A stretch of 64,000 nucleotides of DNA from an uncultured Veillonellaceae bacterium. Lineage in GTDB: Bacteria; Bacillota; Negativicutes; JARBTT01. The number at the start of each line of letters is the position of its first letter. Position 1 is the first letter of the stretch. The position numbers and the translations under genes are program-made. Location: positions 1,824,001 to 1,888,000 of the forward strand of contig CAWDTA010000002.1 of assembly GCA_963805085.1 (NCBI GenBank), in the 5' to 3' direction. Shown piece by piece: positions 58,796 through 64,000 of this stretch. The notes beneath the pieces are model-generated. The model did no database searches, had not been told where the DNA came from, and saw only the letters and a list, made by a program, of their open reading frames with translations.

Positions 58796-60853
58796 GTGGT
58801 AGATGTGCCAAAATTAAATACAGTTTATCAAGATGGTGGTGTACCGTTTCAAGTGGTGTCGCCGTTTGAACCGACGGGAGATCAACCAAAAGCGATTGAA
58901 CAGTTGGTCGGTGGCATTGAAAATGGACAGACTGCACAAGTTTTGCTCGGAGCAACGGGGACTGGCAAAACATTTACGATAGCAAAAACAATAGAGCGGG
59001 TGCAAAAACCAACGCTTGTGATTGCCCATAATAAGACACTTGCTGCGCAGCTCGCTAGTGAGTTTAAAGAGTTTTTTCCTAATAATGCAGTTGGCTATTT
59101 CGTTAGTTATTATGATTATTATCAACCAGAGGCATATATTGCCCATACGGATACTTATATCGAAAAAGATGCATCCATTAATGATGAGATAGATAAATTA
59201 CGCCATTCGGCGACCTGTTCTTTATTTGAACGACGTGATGTTATTATCGTTGCGAGTGTTTCATGTATCTATGGTTTAGGTTCGCCCGATGAATATCAAG
59301 GTTTGGTGTTATCGCTCCGGCAGGGGCAAATTTACGATCGTAATGATATTTTGCGAAAGTTAGTTAGCATTCAATACGAACGCAATGACATTAGCTTTAC
59401 GCGTGGTAAGTTTCGTGTGCGTGGGGATGTAGTAGAAATATTTCCGGCCGGTTATAATGAACGGGCAATTCGCGTCGAATTATTTGGCGATGAAATTGAA
59501 CGTATTTTAGAAATTGATGTGCTAACTGGAGAAATCTATGGAGAGCGCAAACATATTACCGTTTATCCAGCTTCTCACTATGTTACATCACGAGAAAATA
59601 TGCTTGATGCGGTAGAAGCAATTGAAGCGGAATTAGAAGAACGTTTAGCATATTTAAACGCCAACAATAAATTAGTGGAGGCGCAACGACTCGAACAACG
59701 GACGCGCTATGACATTGAGATGATGTTGGAAATGGGCTATTGCTCTGGAATAGAAAATTATTCGAAGCATTTGACCAAACGAGAAACTGGTGATGCACCA
59801 TATACCCTGATGAATTATTTTCCCGATGATTTTTTAATTGTGATTGATGAGTCTCATGTGACCTTACCGCAGATTCGAGCTATGTACGCTGGGGATCGTA
59901 GTCGCAAAGAATCATTGGTGCAAAATGGTTTTCGTTTGCCGTCAGCGTTTGATAACCGACCATTTAAATTTGAGGAGTTCGTAAATCGGATCAATCAAAT
60001 TATTTATGTTTCGGCAACACCAGCGAAGTATGAGTTAGAGCAGGCAAATCAAGTGGTAGAACAAATCATTCGTCCTACTGGGTTACTTGATCCACAAATT
60101 GATATTCGTCCACTCAAGGGGCAAATGGATGATTTGCTAGGGGAAATAAAAAAACGCATTGTCGTAAAAGAGCGGGTACTGGTAACGACCTTAACAAAAA
60201 AGATGGCCGAGAATTTAACGGAATACTTAAAAGAAATGGGCATCAAAGTTCGGTACTTACATTCTGATATTGTGACGATGGAACGGGCGGAAATCATTCG
60301 TGATTTGCGTGCTGGTGTATTCGATGTTCTTATTGGCATCAATTTGCTGCGTGAAGGATTGGATTTACCAGAGGTTTCTTTAGTGGCAATTCTTGATGCG
60401 GATAAAGAAGGCTTCTTGCGTTCAGATACTTCGCTGATTCAAACAATCGGACGGGCAGCGCGTAATGAGCAAGGTAAAGTTATCATGTATGCCGATCGTA
60501 TGACAGACTCCATGAAAAGGGCTATTGATGAAACGGACCGTCGGCGTGAAGTTCAAGCTGCGTATAATAAAGTCCATGGTATTACGCCACAAACGATCCA
60601 AAAGAGCATTAAGAATTTAATTGAAACGACGAAAGTTGCCGAAGAGCCCGCTGTATATAAAACAAAATCTGGTATAAAGATGTCAGATAATGAAAAACAA
60701 GAATTGATTACTACCTTGGAAAAAGAAATGCGCGAGGCGTCACGAAAACTCGAATTTGAGCGTGCAGCAAAATTACGAGATATGTTGGTGGAGCTAAAGA
60801 CGAGTTTGCCAGCAAAGAAGGCAGCAGGCAAACCAACACGTAAGAAAAAATAA
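58796..60853 (+). CDS. uvrB: Excinuclease ABC subunit B
   Basis: [48 protein letters not shown]; exact start uncertain. Confidence 0.97.
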   Translation: MVDVPKLNTVYQDGGVPFQVVSPFEPTGDQPKAIEQLVGGIENGQTAQVLLGATGTGKTFTIAKTIERVQKPTLVIAHNKTLAAQLASEFKEFFPNNAVGYFVSYYDYYQPEAYIAHTDTYIEKDASINDEIDKLRHSATCSLFERRDVIIVASVSCIYGLGSPDEYQGLVLSLRQGQIYDRNDILRKLVSIQYERNDISFTRGKFRVRGDVVEIFPAGYNERAIRVELFGDEIERILEIDVLTGEIYGERKHITVYPASHYVTSRENMLDAVEAIEAELEERLAYLNANNKLVEAQRLEQRTRYDIEMMLEMGYCSGIENYSKHLTKRETGDAPYTLMNYFPDDFLIVIDESHVTLPQIRAMYAGDRSRKESLVQNGFRLPSAFDNRPFKFEEFVNRINQIIYVSATPAKYELEQANQVVEQIIRPTGLLDPQIDIRPLKGQMDDLLGEIKKRIVVKERVLVTTLTKKMAENLTEYLKEMGIKVRYLHSDIVTMERAEIIRDLRAGVFDVLIGINLLREGLDLPEVSLVAILDADKEGFLRSDTSLIQTIGRAARNEQGKVIMYADRMTDSMKRAIDETDRRREVQAAYNKVHGITPQTIQKSIKNLIETTKVAEEPAVYKTKSGIKMSDNEKQELITTLEKEMREASRKLEFERAAKLRDMLVELKTSLPAKKAAGKPTRKKK

Positions 60854-60894
60854 GTAGCAGTACGCTTTGCCGAAGCAGTGGAAAGGAAAGAGCA

Positions 60895-63723
60895 GTGAAA
60901 GATAAAATAATCGTTAAAGGTGCGCGTGAGCACAATTTGAAAAATATTGATATTGAAATTCCTCGTGATGAATTGGTCGTTGTAACTGGGCTTAGTGGTT
61001 CTGGTAAGTCATCACTCGCTTTTGATACGATTTATGCAGAGGGCCAACGGCGTTATGTGGAGTCCCTTTCCGCTTATGCACGTCAATTTTTAGGACAAAT
61101 GGATAAACCTGATGTTGATTATATCGAAGGGCTGTCGCCAGCAATCTCAATCGATCAGAAAACAACGAGTCGTAATCCGCGTTCTACTGTAGGTACGGTT
61201 ACGGAAATTTATGATTATTTACGATTGATGTTTGCGCGCGCAGGTCGTCCGCATTGTCCTAAATGTGGCAAGCCAATTGCCCAGCAGACGGTAGATCAAA
61301 TGGTGGATCAATTGATGACACAGCCAGATTCGACGAAGATTATGGTAATGGCGCAAGTGGTGCGTGGGAAAAAAGGCGAGCATCAAAAAGTCCTCGATGA
61401 TATTCGTAAAAATGGCTATGTCAGAGTTCGGATTGACGGACAAATTCAAGATGTAAGTGATGAAATAAAATTAGAAAAGAATAAAAAGCATACCATTGAG
61501 GTAGTCATTGATCGTCTGGTGATTCGTGAGGGCATTGAACAGCGTTTGGCAGATTCTTTGGAAACTGCCCTTGAGCTGGGGGAAGGCGTAGTATTTGTCC
61601 AAATCATTGACGGCGAAGAGCTCATGTTTAGTCAAAATTTTGCTTGTGTTGAGTGTGGGATCAGTTTACCAGAGATTGCTCCAAGGATGTTTTCTTTCAA
61701 TAGCCCGTTTGGGGCCTGTCCTGCTTGCACTGGACTGGGCAACAATATGGAGTTTGATATCGAGCTTGTTATGCCAGATAGCAGTATGAGTTTTGCTGAA
61801 GGACTATTTGCACCGTTATCAAAGAACGTCAATTCTTATGCAATGTGTCAATTAGATGCTGTACTCACTAAGTCTGGTTATTCGTTAGACAGCACTTGGA
61901 CTATGTTAGATGAACCAGTTAAAGAGATCATCCTATATGGTTCTGGTGAGGAAAAGTTTAAATATTACTATGAAAATATGTATGGTGAGAATAAAGAATA
62001 TAATTCATCTTTTGAAGGCATTATGCCAATGCTCAACCGCCGTTATAGTGAATCCAATTCTGATGTGCAGCGGGAAGAATATGAGTCGTATATGAGTACG
62101 AAAACTTGTCCAGTTTGTAAAGGGGCTCGTTTAAAACCAGAGACCTTAGCGATTAAAGTTGGCAATAAAAATATCCATGAAGTGACCTGTTTTACGATTG
62201 CCGAATGTAAAGATTTCTTTGACAATGTAGAGCTTTCAGAGCGGGAAAAAATGATTGCCGTACAGATTTTAAAAGAAATCAATGCGAGACTCGGGTTCTT
62301 GTTAGATGTAGGCTTAGACTATTTAACATTAAGTCGTGCAGCCGGTACCTTGTCAGGCGGGGAAGCGCAGCGGATTCGACTGGCCACGCAAATCGGTTCA
62401 GGCCTTGTTGGGGTACTTTACATTCTTGATGAACCAAGTATCGGTTTGCATCAACGTGATAACAATCGTTTACTGGCGACCTTAAAACATTTACGCGATG
62501 TCGGTAATACTTTAATTGTGGTCGAACATGATGAAGATACGATGTATGCGGCTGACCATATCATCGACATTGGTCCAGTTGCAGGAGAAGGTGGTGGCTA
62601 TGTTGTCGCCCAAGGAACAGTCGAGCAAATTAAGTCAAATCCTGACTCTATTACCGGGCAATATTTGAGCCGAAAGCAATATATTCCTGTACCAAAAGAG
62701 CGTAAAATGCCAAATGGTAAATGGTTGGAAGTGATCGGGGCCAAGGAAAATAATCTAAAAAATATCAATGCTGAATTTCCCATTGGACTATTTACTGCCG
62801 TTACAGGCGTATCTGGTTCAGGAAAATCTACCTTAGTAAATGAGATTCTATATAAAGGTTTAGCAAGTAAACTGTATCGTGGCCGTGGTAAAGCAGGCGC
62901 TCATAAAGAAATTCGTGGGATTGATTTGATTGATAAAATTATTGATATTGATCAATCGCCAATTGGTAGAACGCCTCGTTCCAATCCAGCGACGTACACT
63001 GGTTTATTCGATAATATTCGCGAAGTATTTAGCCAGACAAATGAAGCTAAAATGCGTGGTTATAAACCTGGTCGGTTTAGTTTCAATGTCAAAGGTGGTC
63101 GTTGTGAAGCATGTCATGGCGATGGGATTATTAAAATAGAAATGCATTTCTTACCTGATGTTTATGTACCTTGTGAAGTATGTAAAAGCGCCCGTTATAA
63201 TCGCGAAACCTTGGAAGTGCATTATAAGGGAAAATCAATTGCTGATGTGCTCAATATGGTCATTGATGAAGCTTTGGAATTCTTTAAAAATATACCGAAA
63301 TTACAGCGTAAATTGCAAATATTGCAAGATGTTGGCTTGGGATATATCAAGCTAGGTCAACCAGCAACCACGCTTTCAGGCGGGGAAGCACAACGGGTTA
63401 AGCTCGCGACCGAATTAGCGCGTCGTAGCACTGGTAGAACACTGTATATTCTTGATGAACCGACGACTGGTCTGCATACTGCCGATATCCACAAACTTCT
63501 AGAGGTTTTAAAACGTCTGATAGAATGTGGTGATACCGTTGTAGTTATAGAGCATAACTTAGATGTGATCAAGACAGCAGATTACGTGATTGACCTGGGC
63601 CCAGAAGGTGGCTTCCGAGGCGGGAATATTGTCGTCAAAGGTACTCCGGAACAAGTAGCCGCTGAGTCAAAATCTTATACAGGACAGTTTTTGAAGCCAT
63701 TACTTGAAGAGAAAATAGAGTAG
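60895..63723 (+). CDS. uvrA: Excinuclease ABC subunit A
   Basis: [17 protein letters not shown], zinc fingers, two LSGGEAQR motifs, GVSGSGKST. Confidence 0.98.
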   Translation: MKDKIIVKGAREHNLKNIDIEIPRDELVVVTGLSGSGKSSLAFDTIYAEGQRRYVESLSAYARQFLGQMDKPDVDYIEGLSPAISIDQKTTSRNPRSTVGTVTEIYDYLRLMFARAGRPHCPKCGKPIAQQTVDQMVDQLMTQPDSTKIMVMAQVVRGKKGEHQKVLDDIRKNGYVRVRIDGQIQDVSDEIKLEKNKKHTIEVVIDRLVIREGIEQRLADSLETALELGEGVVFVQIIDGEELMFSQNFACVECGISLPEIAPRMFSFNSPFGACPACTGLGNNMEFDIELVMPDSSMSFAEGLFAPLSKNVNSYAMCQLDAVLTKSGYSLDSTWTMLDEPVKEIILYGSGEEKFKYYYENMYGENKEYNSSFEGIMPMLNRRYSESNSDVQREEYESYMSTKTCPVCKGARLKPETLAIKVGNKNIHEVTCFTIAECKDFFDNVELSEREKMIAVQILKEINARLGFLLDVGLDYLTLSRAAGTLSGGEAQRIRLATQIGSGLVGVLYILDEPSIGLHQRDNNRLLATLKHLRDVGNTLIVVEHDEDTMYAADHIIDIGPVAGEGGGYVVAQGTVEQIKSNPDSITGQYLSRKQYIPVPKERKMPNGKWLEVIGAKENNLKNINAEFPIGLFTAVTGVSGSGKSTLVNEILYKGLASKLYRGRGKAGAHKEIRGIDLIDKIIDIDQSPIGRTPRSNPATYTGLFDNIREVFSQTNEAKMRGYKPGRFSFNVKGGRCEACHGDGIIKIEMHFLPDVYVPCEVCKSARYNRETLEVHYKGKSIADVLNMVIDEALEFFKNIPKLQRKLQILQDVGLGYIKLGQPATTLSGGEAQRVKLATELARRSTGRTLYILDEPTTGLHTADIHKLLEVLKRLIECGDTVVVIEHNLDVIKTADYVIDLGPEGGFRGGNIVVKGTPEQVAAESKSYTGQFLKPLLEEKIE

Positions 63724-63742
63724 AATCAAAAAAAGTAGAAAT

Positions 63743-63775
63743 AAAAAAGTACCTATAGGTACTTTTTTATTTTTT
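63743..63775 (+). terminator. Intrinsic terminator after uvrA
   Basis: AAAAAAGTACCT-AT-AGGTACTTTTTT. Confidence 0.7.
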
Positions 63776-64000
63776 AGACCAGGGAAGATAAAAGCCATTT
63801 AAGGAATGAAATCATAAAATACTGTTCGATTTAATTAAGGCGAATAAATTTTTTATTTTACCCGTTGAAAAGGATAAGCTTGCAGGAATGTATCTTAATG
63901 AAGGCCTATATACAGGGAAAAAAATTAATGATAAACGTTCCTAAGCTATATTAGTTTTCAAAAGTATTATCGTAAATTGAGGAGGAATTTACATGTCTAC

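Noticed and set aside
670-63572. Many short antisense or overlapping ORFs in the track
   Set aside because: They shadow well-supported plus-strand genes and lack RBS or motifs
1-64000. CRISPR arrays, tRNA/rRNA, IS transposases, prophage or defence genes
   Set aside because: No regularly spaced repeats, cloverleafs or matching protein motifs were seen
63979-64000. RBS GAGGAGG and ATG at 63993
   Set aside because: Likely the start of the next gene, but only two codons are visible, so no call is possible

Overview
AT-rich chromosomal window, most likely from a Negativicutes-type Firmicute (inferred from gene content and order; no taxonomic search was run). Left 38.7 kb: an accessory glycosylation island. 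It holds TPR-GT2 and StrF-like/GT2 glycosyltransferases and a CDP-3,6-dideoxyhexose pathway (rfbF, two rfbG, rfbH). That pathway is extended by a radical SAM/SPASM enzyme, a split transketolase, a YerE/acetolactate-synthase-like ThDP enzyme, an aldo-keto reductase, FkbM methyltransferases and a pyranose mutase. It is followed by five SPINDLY-like GT41 genes carrying seven catalytic modules, one of which has lost key catalytic residues. No flippase, polymerase or priming transferase is in the window, which points to cytoplasmic protein (possibly flagellin) glycosylation. Right 25 kb: mostly housekeeping genes (yjfB-like, PaaI, zinc-ribbon, amino-acid ABC transporter, csp, hpf, secA, frameshifted prfB, csaB cluster, ftsEX, M23, S41, uvrB, uvrA). 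Non-coding highlights: a raiA-motif RNA with its own promoter, a DnaA-box cluster away from any dnaA gene, and two families of structured intergenic repeats, one with compensatory base changes and a possible pseudoknot. All calls are by eye from motifs; start codons were adjusted where an RBS or stop/start overlap supports it.
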